A stretch of 32,000 nt of DNA, from contig CP012986.1 of NCBI GenBank assembly GCA_001761425.1, positions 1,080,001 through 1,112,000 of the forward strand, read 5' to 3'. The notes under the pieces were generated by a model, which was not told the DNA's origin, ran no database searches, and saw nothing but the letters and a program-made list of their open reading frames with translations. Origin of the DNA: Candidatus Saccharimonadota bacterium (GTDB taxonomy: Archaea; Nanohalarchaeota; Nanosalinia; Nanosalinales; Nanosalinaceae). The position numbers were made by a program, and so were the translations under genes. This document shows positions 1 through 9,003 of this stretch, in pieces (the stretch's first letter is position 1; each line of letters starts with the position of its first letter).

Positions 1-1
1 A

Positions 2-280
2 CTTGGACTTACAGGCGGAGGCCTACTGGCACTGTTTTACGGCTTTTTCACGGCCTTCGAATTCAGAAACACGCTTGGGAAAGGTAAACTGGCAGAGGCC
101 TGGGACAAACTGATAGGAATGATCGCCCTTTTCATACTGGGATACATAGCATTCGCCGCACAGATAATAAGCAGCAAGCAGTTCCTCGACCCCAAGCTGA
201 TCAGCGCACTAATATTCTTCGCAGGAGCAATCTTCGTCGCAGCAGTCGCAAAACTGAACTATGACGTATACAAGGTGTAA
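2..280 (+). CDS. 3' end of a membrane protein gene (5' end lies outside the window)
   Basis: Open frame runs from the window edge to TAA at 278-280. Translation LGLTGGGLLALFYGFF...GMIALFILGYIAFAAQ...ALIFFAGAIFVAAVAKLNYDVYKV is mostly hydrophobic helices. Absent from the ORF track because no start lies in the window. Confidence 0.4.
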   Translation, partial: LGLTGGGLLALFYGFFTAFEFRNTLGKGKLAEAWDKLIGMIALFILGYIAFAAQIISSKQFLDPKLISALIFFAGAIFVAAVAKLNYDVYKV

Positions 281-289
281 AGAAAGAAA

Positions 290-757
290 ATGACTTTATC
301 CAAAGGCCTAAGAAAAAGACTTGATACACAGGGATTCCTAGACGTTGAAACCAAAAGTACAGCACGCTGGCTGAAATTCTCCCCACTGATGTGCGCTATA
401 GGTTTTGCACTGGGAACATATCTGCAGAGCCCTGCCCTGCTATTCACAATGGCACTTTTCGCCGTAGCAGGCCTTTCATTCCACCATACTCCTTTTGACT
501 GGCTTTACCTTTACGCCGTAAAGCCTGTGATCAATGGACCAGAACTTCCCAAGAGGCCTGCACCCGCGAGATTCGCCTGCTTCGTAGCTGTTGTCTGGGG
601 TTCAGTCACTGCTTCAGCCTTCCTCATCGAATACAACACGATAGCCACGGTACTCGGTATCGCTTTGACCGGCGCGGCGACCTTGATGGGCACAGTTAAC
701 TACTGCATAGCCTCCAGGTTCTGGAGAATAATTTACGGATGGCCCGACCAAGAATGA
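290..757 (+). CDS. Small multi-pass membrane protein, DUF4395-like
   Basis: 155 aa ORF with 3-4 hydrophobic segments. The PAPARFACFVAVVWG and NYCIASRFW segments resemble the RFA...G / C-x-x-C-tail pattern I recall for DUF4395. Family assignment is from memory only. Confidence 0.5.
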   Translation: MTLSKGLRKRLDTQGFLDVETKSTARWLKFSPLMCAIGFALGTYLQSPALLFTMALFAVAGLSFHHTPFDWLYLYAVKPVINGPELPKRPAPARFACFVAVVWGSVTASAFLIEYNTIATVLGIALTGAATLMGTVNYCIASRFWRIIYGWPDQE

Positions 758-776
758 TGGACAAAGAATCAAGGAG

Positions 777-784
777 TTTAAAAA
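777..784 (+). promoter_or_regulatory. TATA-like box (TTTAAAAA) about 27 nt upstream of the aIF1A ATG; implies a leaderless or near-leaderless mRNA
   Basis: TTTAAAAA at 777-784 and ATG at 808. The spacing matches the archaeal TATA-to-TSS distance. Confidence 0.4.
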
Positions 785-807
785 CTTCATCCGTCTAAAC
801 CTTTCCT

Positions 808-1122
808 ATGAGCGAAGATAATGAAGAACAGGAAGTAGGAAGGGTAAGGAAGCCGAACAACGATGAAGTACTGGGCGTAGTCCTCAGAAAGGAAGGAGGC
901 GGAAAATACCGTATCTACTGTACAGACGGCGAAGAAAGAATCTGCCGCATCCCAGGATCAAAGAAAAGAGGCCTATGGGTCAAAAGAGACAACGTAGTAC
1001 TCGTAGAACCATGGGACATCCAGGGCGACGAAAAAGGAGACATCGTCGAAAGCTACAGCAACGCAGAGACCCGCTGGCTTGAAGACCACGACTTCCTGGA
1101 CGAAATCAAGGAATTCCTGTAA
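808..1122 (+). CDS. eif1a: Translation initiation factor aIF-1A (S1-like OB fold)
   Basis: 104 aa. VLGVVLRKEGGGKYRIYCTDGEERICRIPGSKKRGLWVKRDNVVLVEPWD is the typical aIF1A/eIF1A core. It sits in the conserved archaeal aIF1A-Rio1-KH neighbourhood. Confidence 0.92.
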   Translation: MSEDNEEQEVGRVRKPNNDEVLGVVLRKEGGGKYRIYCTDGEERICRIPGSKKRGLWVKRDNVVLVEPWDIQGDEKGDIVESYSNAETRWLEDHDFLDEIKEFL

Positions 1123-1173
1123 AAATTCTAAAGGCCTTCAAGTCCTCAAATCCACCATATTCTGCTCAAACGT

Positions 1174-2124
1174 TTACACAAAGTCGGGGACAGCTGAGGA
1201 ATCAGAACCGTTTTCAAACACTTCTAAATACACTTCAGGACCTGAAACCTTTTCCCCGGCCATAAGAGAAGCAGCAACTAGATCATAACCTCTGCTCTCG
1301 TCTGAATCTACGTTCTCTACAGCTTCAGAGGCCTTCTGATCGGAAAGACCTATCTCACGCATATCCTGCTCTGAAACGCCCGAAGTCTCTGAAAGAGCCT
1401 GCGCATAACCGTTTACAACGGTACTCGCCGCCCTCATATCATGAAGCTCTTCCCAGTCAAGGCCTCTGAAATCCTGTTCGGCGAAATTCTCCAGAGCACT
1501 GATCTTCGAAGCCCTTTCAAGGCCTTCTGTCATCGGAGGGACATTCTTTACTCTCTGGTTCGTCCAGGTCGGAGATTCAGACTCATGCTGGTACCTGTGG
1601 AATAGCTCAGACGCAAGAGTATCATAGGCCTGTCTCTCGGGAAGTCTATCCTTGCTGACACCTATCTTTCTAGAATAAGGATTGTAACCGGCTTCTGCGT
1701 TCGAGGCCGTCGCCTTCGAGTTAAAATATTCACAGGCCAGGGCGCTGGCAGCGAGAGCTTCACCAGCAACCGAAGGTTCGAAAGCAGCGACGACCGAAGG
1801 AGCTATCAGGCCTGAACCAAAAATCTTTACAGCCTGTCTATCAGCTCTGGGAGTAAGGACTTCACGTATCGACATATCGTAGAGAATGTCATCCTTAAAC
1901 TCCTCACGTACGTCTCCAGTATCCTGATCCAGGAGATCATCGTAAAAATCCATTAAGAAATCAGCTGCCTCATAGATATCATCTTTCGAAGCCTCAACCC
2001 CATCAAGATAACCATTGACCTCTCTCTGAGACAGCAAAGGCTTTCCGTCAAACTCAGTTGCGTATTCCTGCGCCTGAGACCTCATAGCATCAAGAACCAT
2101 CGCAATCTCACTATTCAATAACAA
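1174..2124 (-). CDS. Hypothetical acidic protein
   Basis: 316 aa ORF with the same D/E-rich composition as the confident genes. It fills the gap between flanking genes. No motif recognised. The start could instead be the internal MVLDAM. Confidence 0.6.
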   Translation of the reverse strand: MLLNSEIAMVLDAMRSQAQEYATEFDGKPLLSQREVNGYLDGVEASKDDIYEAADFLMDFYDDLLDQDTGDVREEFKDDILYDMSIREVLTPRADRQAVKIFGSGLIAPSVVAAFEPSVAGEALAASALACEYFNSKATASNAEAGYNPYSRKIGVSKDRLPERQAYDTLASELFHRYQHESESPTWTNQRVKNVPPMTEGLERASKISALENFAEQDFRGLDWEELHDMRAASTVVNGYAQALSETSGVSEQDMREIGLSDQKASEAVENVDSDESRGYDLVAASLMAGEKVSGPEVYLEVFENGSDSSAVPDFV

Positions 2125-2180
2125 CAGTTAAAAAAAGCCTGTCGCTCGCCTTTTTGAAATTCAAGGCCTCAACCGGAAAC

Positions 2181-2990
2181 ATGAGAGAAGAAAAAAACAG
2201 GAAAAATAGTAACCCTGAAAGAAACAAGAACATCGATTACAGGGAGAGATGGAAGGAAGAATCGCGCAAGATGTTTGACTCCTCCGAGGCAAGAAAAGCA
2301 GTTGACAACGTTTTCGAACATGAGACTAAAAAGGCCTTGCTGAAGCTTGGAGACAGAAAAGTTCTCGACAGGCTGTATGGAACCATCGAGTCTGGGAAAG
2401 AGTCTCTTGTCTTTCTAGCAGATACTCCAGAAGGCGAACGGGTGCTTGTGAAAATTTATATGACTCAAGCCGGTAGTTTCCGAGATATGATGCAGTACCT
2501 GCGGGGAGATAAGCGTTTTAGAAACGTTAAGAAGGACAGGAGAAGCGTGATCAACGAATGGTGTAAAAAAGAGTACAAGAACCTGGATAAGTCATCGAAC
2601 GTTGTTAACTGCCCGGAGCCTATCGCATACGAGAAAAATATCCTGGTCATGGAGTTTATAGGCGAGGACTTCTCACCTTACCCTAAACTGAAGGATGTGG
2701 AGATCGAGAACCCTGAGGAGGCCTTTGAAATGGTTATGAACGGTATCGAAAAGCTCTGGAGCAGTGAAGAGATTGTTCACGGCGATCTGTCCGAGTATAA
2801 TATTCTTGTGGCTGAAGATGAGCTTGTATGGATCGATTTCAGTCAGGGTGTACATGTTTCGCATCCTGAGGCCCGTGAACTCGGAAAACGAGATATCCGT
2901 AATGTAACGAATTTTTTCCAGAAACAGGGTGCAGATATCGATACTGATAAGGCCTTAGATCGGGTTTTTCCGGATGTAGAAGGCCTGTAG
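2181..2990 (+). CDS. rio1: RIO-type serine/threonine protein kinase (Rio1-like)
   Basis: VLVKIY (ATP-binding Lys), catalytic loop VHGDLSEYNILV and metal-binding IDFSQGV. The ORF track starts at TTG 2154; I prefer ATG 2181, downstream of the TTAAAAAAA box at 2129-2137. Confidence 0.9.
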   Translation: MREEKNRKNSNPERNKNIDYRERWKEESRKMFDSSEARKAVDNVFEHETKKALLKLGDRKVLDRLYGTIESGKESLVFLADTPEGERVLVKIYMTQAGSFRDMMQYLRGDKRFRNVKKDRRSVINEWCKKEYKNLDKSSNVVNCPEPIAYEKNILVMEFIGEDFSPYPKLKDVEIENPEEAFEMVMNGIEKLWSSEEIVHGDLSEYNILVAEDELVWIDFSQGVHVSHPEARELGKRDIRNVTNFFQKQGADIDTDKALDRVFPDVEGL

Positions 2991-3042
2991 CTGTTATACA
3001 AGGTATAAAAAGGTTGGCAGTTGTTTCTTTGTTAGAGGCCTT

Positions 3043-3546
3043 ATGAAAGAAGTTAAGATACCGGAGGAGCGTGTCGGCGTCTTGATCGGAGAGGGCGGTG
3101 AGACCAAGGAGAAGTTCGAGGACCTGACAGACTGTTCTCTGGTGGTCGAGGATAACGTTGCCCGTATTGAGGGAGATGCTCTTGCGGAGATGAATGCTCA
3201 GAAGGTTGTGAAGGCTATCGGAAGAGGTTTCAGTCCTGATAAGGCCTTCAGGTTGGTGGAGAGGGATGTTGCTCTGTATATTGTTGATATCAGTGAGTTT
3301 GCGTCTACCTCGAACTCTCGTGACCGTTTGAAAGGTCGTGTTATCGGCCGTGACGGCGAGGCAAGGCGGCATATCGAGAAGATGTGTGAGATTGATATTG
3401 CGGTTTACGGTAAGACGATCGGGATGGTCGGTAAAGCTGAAAATATTGAGGTCGCTCAGGAGGCGGTTACGATGTTGTTGAACGGGAGTTCGCATTCGAC
3501 GGCGTATAATTACCTTGAGAAGAATCAGGGCAAGATCGTTAAGTAG
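3043..3546 (+). CDS. KH-domain RNA-binding protein (archaeal Dim2/Pno1-like)
   Basis: Two KH GxxG loops (VGVLIGEGGETK and RVIGRDGEARRHIE). It has the conserved position downstream of the Rio kinase. Confidence 0.85.
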   Translation: MKEVKIPEERVGVLIGEGGETKEKFEDLTDCSLVVEDNVARIEGDALAEMNAQKVVKAIGRGFSPDKAFRLVERDVALYIVDISEFASTSNSRDRLKGRVIGRDGEARRHIEKMCEIDIAVYGKTIGMVGKAENIEVAQEAVTMLLNGSSHSTAYNYLEKNQGKIVK

Positions 3547-3594
3547 AGTTAAAAATAGTTGAGTATTTGATACTATCAGAGGTTTAATCATACT

Positions 3595-5190
3595 ATGGCA
3601 GAAGGTATTGAAGGACAGGCAGTAGAGGCTGAAGGAGGAGATCACCGTGAGATTTCTGTAGCGGAGTTCTTCGAGAAGAACAAGCACCTGCTGGGATTTG
3701 AGAACGCTCAAAAATCTATAATTACAGTTGTGAAGGAAGCTGTTGATAACTCGCTTGACGCATGTGAAGAAGAAGAGATTTTACCGGAGATCCAGGTTTT
3801 GATCGACGATATCGGCGACGAAAAGTGCCGTGTGGAGATCAGAGACAACGCCATGGGTCTTGACCGCGAAACAATCCCCAAGGTTTTCGGCAAGCTTCTG
3901 TACGGTTCAAAGTTCCACAAGCTACAGCAGAGCCGTGGACAGCAGGGAATCGGAATCTCAGCTTCTGCGATGTATGCACAGTTGACCACGGGAGAGCCTG
4001 TGACCGTCTGGTCCAAGCAGAAAGGCGAGCCATGCCACAAGTTCATTGTAAGAATTGATACGGAGAACAACGAACCTGAGATCCTCGAAGATGAAGTTGT
4101 AGATCCTGAGGGAGACGAGTTCCCTGCGAAGAAAGATTACTACTTCGATCACGGAACCACAATCGAGATGGATATTGAGGCCAAATACACGAAAGGCCAC
4201 CACTCCGTACGCAACTATTTGAAACACACAGCGATCATGAACCCATACGCAAGAATTGTACTGAGAGAACCAAGCGGAAACAAGATCGAGTACCCAAGAG
4301 TCTCAAAGGAGCTTCCAAAAAAACCGAAAGAGATCAAACCACACCCACACGGAGTGGAACTGGGAGTCCTAATGAGAATGATAGAAAACACAGACTCCCG
4401 CACAGTAAGCAGCTTTCTCCAGAACGAATTCACACGTGTAGGAAAAACCTCGGCAGAAAACATATGCGAGGAAGCAGACATAGATACAGGAAGAAGGCCT
4501 AACACCATGAGCAAGGATGAAATAGAAACCCTGCTCAACGCAGCACAGGAAGTAGACCTTCAAAGCCCTCCAACAGACTGTCTATCCCCTATAGGAGAGG
4601 ATCTTGTCGAGAAAGGCCTTCAGAAAGAACTCAACCCCGATCATATCTTCTCAGTGACACGTAAGCCCACAGTCTACAAAGGAAATCCCTTCCAGGTAGA
4701 AGTAGGCCTTGCATACGGAGGAGATATCCAAGAAGAAGGCTCTTTCGACGAACTCAGATATGCCAACAAGGTCCCACTGCTTTACAAGAAATCAGCGTGT
4801 GTAACGACTAAGGCTATCGAAAACGTTTCTTGGAACCGCTATAACATTTCTCAGACCGGGAACAGGCCTCAGGGACCGCTTTATGTCCTGGTTCATATCG
4901 CGTCTGTCTGGGTTCCTTTCACATCTGAGGGTAAGGAAGCTATCGCGAACTATGACCCTATCAGGAAGGAGATGAAGCTTGCTCTCCAGGAAGTCGGCAG
5001 GAAGCTCGGTAAGGAATTGAAGCGTGAGGAGCGGCGCAGAGTTCAGGAGAAAAAGAAGCGCAAGCTTACTTCTTATGCCAAGGAGATGGCTCCTGCGATC
5101 GCATCCCTTGCTGAAGGAGGAAGTGAGGAAGATATGGAGGATAAAATCCAGCAACTTGTTGAAGCGGATTACAACCCGGAACAGCTTTAG
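3595..5190 (+). CDS. top6B: DNA topoisomerase VI subunit B
   Basis: Bergerat-fold motifs EAVDNSLDA (N box) and SRGQQGIGIS (G box). 531 aa, immediately upstream of top6A. Confidence 0.95.
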   Translation: MAEGIEGQAVEAEGGDHREISVAEFFEKNKHLLGFENAQKSIITVVKEAVDNSLDACEEEEILPEIQVLIDDIGDEKCRVEIRDNAMGLDRETIPKVFGKLLYGSKFHKLQQSRGQQGIGISASAMYAQLTTGEPVTVWSKQKGEPCHKFIVRIDTENNEPEILEDEVVDPEGDEFPAKKDYYFDHGTTIEMDIEAKYTKGHHSVRNYLKHTAIMNPYARIVLREPSGNKIEYPRVSKELPKKPKEIKPHPHGVELGVLMRMIENTDSRTVSSFLQNEFTRVGKTSAENICEEADIDTGRRPNTMSKDEIETLLNAAQEVDLQSPPTDCLSPIGEDLVEKGLQKELNPDHIFSVTRKPTVYKGNPFQVEVGLAYGGDIQEEGSFDELRYANKVPLLYKKSACVTTKAIENVSWNRYNISQTGNRPQGPLYVLVHIASVWVPFTSEGKEAIANYDPIRKEMKLALQEVGRKLGKELKREERRRVQEKKKRKLTSYAKEMAPAIASLAEGGSEEDMEDKIQQLVEADYNPEQL

Positions 5191-5205
5191 AGGTGATTTG
5201 ATAAT

Positions 5206-6336
5206 ATGCCAAAGAAAGAATTCGAGAACGATGAGAGAACAGTAGAAAGACTGAAACATCTAGGACAGAAGATCAAGAAACAGCTTGAGGATCCTGAGGA
5301 AGGCGACCTTACTATAGAGACCAAGGTACGTTCCAAATCCAATGTCGAGTACGACAGGGAGAAGGGACGGCTTTCTCTTGGAGATTCCTACTCCACACGG
5401 AAATTCCTCAACATTTCACACGCAAGAAAATTTATGCAGACCTTGATGGTTGCATCAAAGACCAAAGAACTCGTAGAGCGCGGTAGAACAGCTTCGATCA
5501 GAGAAATCTACTACCAGCTGAAACACAGCGTTCCAGGCCTTGACGAAAACACTTTCGATGATCAGGATGAATCCAACAACGTAGTTGTCGACATCGAGAC
5601 AGCGACAGGAGCAATCAGAGAGGATCTACATCTCTTCGCAGAACCGAAAGGAAGGCTTTTCGGCCCGATCAAGATCAACGACTCTGGCGACATCATCGAC
5701 GGAATGAACATGGGAACATCCGGTATGGCGATCAACTCGATCGTAGATCACTTCGAATTCGTTGAATGCAACGCAGACAAGATTCTCGTGGTCGAGACAT
5801 CTGCTATGGTTAACAGACTGGTGGAAGAAGATTTCCACAAGGAACAGGATGCAGTCATCATCGGAACAGGAGGACAGCCGGCCAGAGGAGCAAGAAGACT
5901 CATCAACATGATGCACAACGAACTCGATCTTCCAGTCTACGTCTTCACCGACGGCGACCCATGGGGATACTACATCTACTCCGTGCTTAAATCCGGCTCC
6001 ATGAGCCTGGCATTCCAGTCAGACAGACTCTCCATCCCAGAAGCAAAGCTTATCGGGATGACAATGGAAGACATAGAAGAATACGGCCTCGAACACGTAA
6101 CAGAAGACCTCAAAGGAAAAAGCGATGACAACGGAGGCCCTACAAAGGACTACAAACGTATCCACGACGTCAAAGACTACGAATGGATGCAGACAGACGA
6201 ATGGCAGAAACAATTCCAGAAAATGCTGGACAAAGGAGTCAGAGTCGAACAACAGGCCCTAGCAAGCCAGAGCCTTGAGTTCGTCGCCAACACCTACCTC
6301 CCAGAAAAGATCGGGAACGACGAATACCTCGACTAG
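5206..6336 (+). CDS. top6A: DNA topoisomerase VI subunit A (Spo11 family)
   Basis: Catalytic-Tyr region REIYYQLKH; Toprim elements VVETSAMVNRL and FTDGDPWGYYIYSV. 376 aa. Confidence 0.95.
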   Translation: MPKKEFENDERTVERLKHLGQKIKKQLEDPEEGDLTIETKVRSKSNVEYDREKGRLSLGDSYSTRKFLNISHARKFMQTLMVASKTKELVERGRTASIREIYYQLKHSVPGLDENTFDDQDESNNVVVDIETATGAIREDLHLFAEPKGRLFGPIKINDSGDIIDGMNMGTSGMAINSIVDHFEFVECNADKILVVETSAMVNRLVEEDFHKEQDAVIIGTGGQPARGARRLINMMHNELDLPVYVFTDGDPWGYYIYSVLKSGSMSLAFQSDRLSIPEAKLIGMTMEDIEEYGLEHVTEDLKGKSDDNGGPTKDYKRIHDVKDYEWMQTDEWQKQFQKMLDKGVRVEQQALASQSLEFVANTYLPEKIGNDEYLD

Positions 6337-6364
6337 GCGTGTTAGGCTACACCAGCGCAATATG

Positions 6365-6382
6365 GCATGCCAGACGGCATGC
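6365..6382 (+). terminator. Perfect 7-bp hairpin (GCATGCC-AGAC-GGCATGC) downstream of top6A
   Basis: The inverted repeat begins 29 nt after the top6A TAG. There is no long T-run, so a terminator function is only suggested. Confidence 0.3.
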
Positions 6383-6409
6383 ACCTCCCTCCCACATATC
6401 TACTATATG

Positions 6410-6418
6410 TTTAAAAAA
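6410..6418 (+). promoter_or_regulatory. TATA-like box (TTTAAAAAA) upstream of tRNA-Asn
   Basis: Centre of the box lies about 31 nt upstream of tRNA position 1 (6445). Confidence 0.45.
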
Positions 6419-6444
6419 TTCATAGTCTCGTTCAACATACACAA

Positions 6445-6583
6445 GCCCAACTAGCTCAGTAGGTAGAGCGCCACGCTGTTAAACTCGTCCTTTCTCAAGA
6501 CGAGAAAGGGCGTACAGAAGGCCTTTCAAAGGCCTTCATATACAGTTACGTGGTGGTCCCAGGTTCGAATCCTGGGTTGGGCG
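6445..6583 (+). tRNA. tRNA-Asn (anticodon GTT at 6478-6480) interrupted by a 66-nt intron (6482-6547) at the canonical 37/38 position
   Basis: Hand-folded. Acceptor GCCCAAC/GTTGGGC is perfect; D arm GCTC-AGTAGGTA-GAGC; anticodon stem CCACG/CGTGG; T arm CCAGG-TTCGAAT-CCTGG; discriminator G. The two exons give 73 nt. No CCA is encoded. Confidence 0.85.
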
Positions 6584-6644
6584 CTGAAGGTTTCTTTCTG
6601 TTTAGAGGTAATCTATAAGTCCCAGAATCAGTTAACTGGTAGGT

Positions 6645-7987
6645 ATGGAAGAAGTTGTTATTGTTGGTGGAGGTCTAGCAGGTTTGAGCGCTGCTGTTGA
6701 CCTTGTTGAGGATGAGGATACAAATGTTACTGTACTTGAGAAAAACGGTCATCTGGGCGGTAGAGCAGGGAATAAGATTGATCCTGTGGAGGAGGATCCT
6801 GTACCGATCGCTCCGCATATCTATGTAAGTTTCTACGATGAATTGAAGAGTTTCTTCAGTAAGATTGGTTCGGAGGACGCAATATACTGGGAGGATGGCC
6901 AGATATGCGATGTCTACTATGAAGGCGAGTTTTCAACGGTAAAAACAGGTCACCTAAAGCCTCCCTGGTATCTGGCATCTCTTTTCGCCAACTATCCGCT
7001 TTTCAGTACTCGTGAGATGTTAAACAATTTCAAGGTAGGGTCAAAGCTATACCTTCTAGATGAAGATGATATTGAAGACCTGGATGATACCACTGTTGAA
7101 GAATTTTTAAACGATCTCGGTGCGAGCAAAGGAGTGATAGATAAATTCTACAGGTTGATCTGCCTGGCACTTCTTAACGCACCTGTAGAGAAATGTTCCG
7201 CGGCAGAGTTCTGCAGGTTGATGAAGAATTTCATGAAGACAGACGGAAGAGACTGGGGGTACGCAAAGGGCGGACTCGGAGATGTCTATACAGAGAACGC
7301 TAGAGAGTTTATCGAGGAACATGGCGGCGAAGTAAGGATGAAAACCGCAGTTGAAGAGATAAAGTTTGAAAGCGAAGAGGTTACCGGTCTAGAACTTGAA
7401 ACCGGGGAGTATGTAGAACCAGATCAGATTATCTCTACTGTTCCGCCTACAGTGCTTAGAGACATTCTTCCGGAGGAGCAGATGGAGACAGAGTTCTTCT
7501 CCCATCTAGAGAACTTCCACGGTGTACCTTACTACTCTGCCTTCGCATGTTTGATGGTAAGGTAACCGATAAACGCTTCTGGGCCTTGATCGATGCTGAC
7601 AGAGACAAGTACTGGAATACTGACTTCTATGATAAAAGCAATATTCCGGGAGTAGACGAGGAAAACTCCTACATCACATCCAACATCATTAATACAAACG
7701 AGATGGAGGAAAAATCAGAAGACGAGATAATGGAAAAGACCAAGGAAGAAATCCAAGAGGCCTTCCCGGAAAACGAAGCGGAAGTCCAGCACTTTAGCGT
7801 TCACAGAATCGACTACGCACTGTACGAACCGGTAACAGGTATGAGAGAACACAAGTTACCGCATGAGACACCTGTAAGAAACTTTTATTTGGCAGGAGAC
7901 TGGACAATCAAGGAAATACCACAGTGCATGGAAGCAGCAGTCAGAAGCGGAAGACGTACAGCGGAGAAAGTCTCCGAAAAGACCTGA
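6645..7987 (+). pseudogene. FAD-dependent oxidoreductase (amine oxidase / phytoene desaturase / HpnE-like superfamily) split by a frameshift near 7540-7550
   Basis: ORF 6645-7565 carries the N-terminal dinucleotide fold VVIVGGGLAGLSAAVDL...LEKNGHLGGRA. ORF 7547-7987 carries the C-terminal FAD-closing motif FYLAGDWT...PQCMEAAVRSGRRTA. The two overlap by 19 nt in different frames and together give about 450 aa, the normal size of one such enzyme. Confidence 0.7.
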
Positions 7988-8151
7988 CTAACAAGGCCAG
8001 ACACCCAAACTCTCCAAATTAAAGGATTCAAAGCCTGATACAATCCAGAACAGGCCTTTACCATGAAACAGGAACTGATCGAGAAGTCCAGAGATTACTT
8101 CGGTGAGAGAAGAGTTAGACGAGTCTTTGTGAAGTATCTGGATTAGATATT

Positions 8152-8442
8152 TTATTGTGTCAGGTCGAGGCCTTGTCCCTTTTTGGTCATTGATTTGATC
8201 TGTGAGCGGGGTATCAGCCATGTTGTTGTTTTGCCCTGTCTTTCTTCCTCGAAAACTTCCATTATGGCTTTGAGCATCTCTCTTTCTTTGATATAGGAAA
8301 GTTTAATGACCGTGAAGGTTTCTCTTAGGCCTTTGGTTCTTCCGTCGCTTCTGAGGATGATGGTTTCCCTATCTAGGTTGTGGTCGAACCATGGTATGGC
8401 ATGTTTGTCGATAACTGCTTTATCAAGTTCTATGCTGGCCAT
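8152..8442 (-). CDS. Hypothetical small protein (boundaries uncertain)
   Basis: 96 aa ORF. The first ~65 aa (MASIELDKAVIDKHAIPWFDHNLDRETIILRSDG...IMEVFEEE) look protein-like, but the tail is compositionally odd and overlaps a second ORF (7988-8221) in another frame. Confidence 0.35.
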   Translation of the reverse strand: MASIELDKAVIDKHAIPWFDHNLDRETIILRSDGRTKGLRETFTVIKLSYIKEREMLKAIMEVFEEERQGKTTTWLIPRSQIKSMTKKGQGLDLTQ

Positions 8443-8484
8443 GTTTCTCTATTGTTCATCGAGTTTATTGAATAGTACGGGAAA

Positions 8485-9003
8485 CTATCTTTTCCTGACG
8501 TACCAGTCTGCCAGAATCGGAAGGCCTTGAATCACCGCTGCGGTCTGGAAGGCATAAAGCTGGAAGACAGGTTTCAGCACCAGTAAAGGAACCGCAAGCA
8601 GGTTCAGAACTGCTGCAGCACCGTATATTTTCTTAGAAAGATCTGACATATTATATGCTGTGTAGATGAACAGCACACCAGGCAGAAGGAACCATTTATG
8701 GTAGTAACCAAACGTTAAGGCCTCTCCAGAGAGAAACATCTGGCCGAAAAAGTTTCCTACAAGGCCCATAACCATGAACACAGACCAGATCGGGTTCAGC
8801 GTCCTCCAGCCGAGAGGGCCTTTACCTTCCTGATAGCTCATGTAAACTGGCGGTATGATGAACAGAGTCCATAGAAGAAGTATCTGGTACTCTACCGCTA
8901 CTGCTGTTATCCCCAAGACCTTGATATACGGTGTCAGAAGATAGGCAAGTGTTACTGTGAGACCCCACGTGGCCGCCCCATCGAAGTCTCTCTTCAGGTT
9001 CAC
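8485..9003 (-). CDS. Multi-pass membrane protein, hypothetical
   Basis: 172 aa with about 5 hydrophobic helices. Its start overlaps the stop of the upstream lipoprotein gene by 4 nt, consistent with an operon. Confidence 0.65.
   Translation of the reverse strand: MNLKRDFDGAATWGLTVTLAYLLTPYIKVLGITAVAVEYQILLLWTLFIIPPVYMSYQEGKGPLGWRTLNPIWSVFMVMGLVGNFFGQMFLSGEALTFGYYHKWFLLPGVLFIYTAYNMSDLSKKIYGAAAVLNLLAVPLLVLKPVFQLYAFQTAAVIQGLPILADWYVRKR

Noticed and set aside
1079-1288. 69-aa plus-strand ORF after aIF1A
   Set aside because: It overlaps the 3' end of aIF1A in another frame and the 3' end of the convergent 316-aa gene. It is basic and Ser/Thr-rich and has no promoter-like element.
2839-3711. 290-aa ORF on the minus strand spanning the end of rio1, the KH gene and the start of top6B
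   Set aside because: It is entirely antisense to three confidently identified genes. It is Leu/Ser/Arg-rich and basic, unlike the acidic proteome. This is a typical shadow ORF.
7988-8221. 77-aa minus-strand ORF overlapping the tail of the 8152-8442 ORF, and a 27-aa plus-strand ORF (8063-8146, MKQELIEKSRDYFGERRVRRVFVKYLD)
   Set aside because: None has a recognisable motif, and their composition differs from the acidic proteome. I cannot tell whether this 450-nt region holds one frameshifted gene, a small gene plus UTR, or non-coding DNA. Only the 5' ORF is listed, at low confidence.
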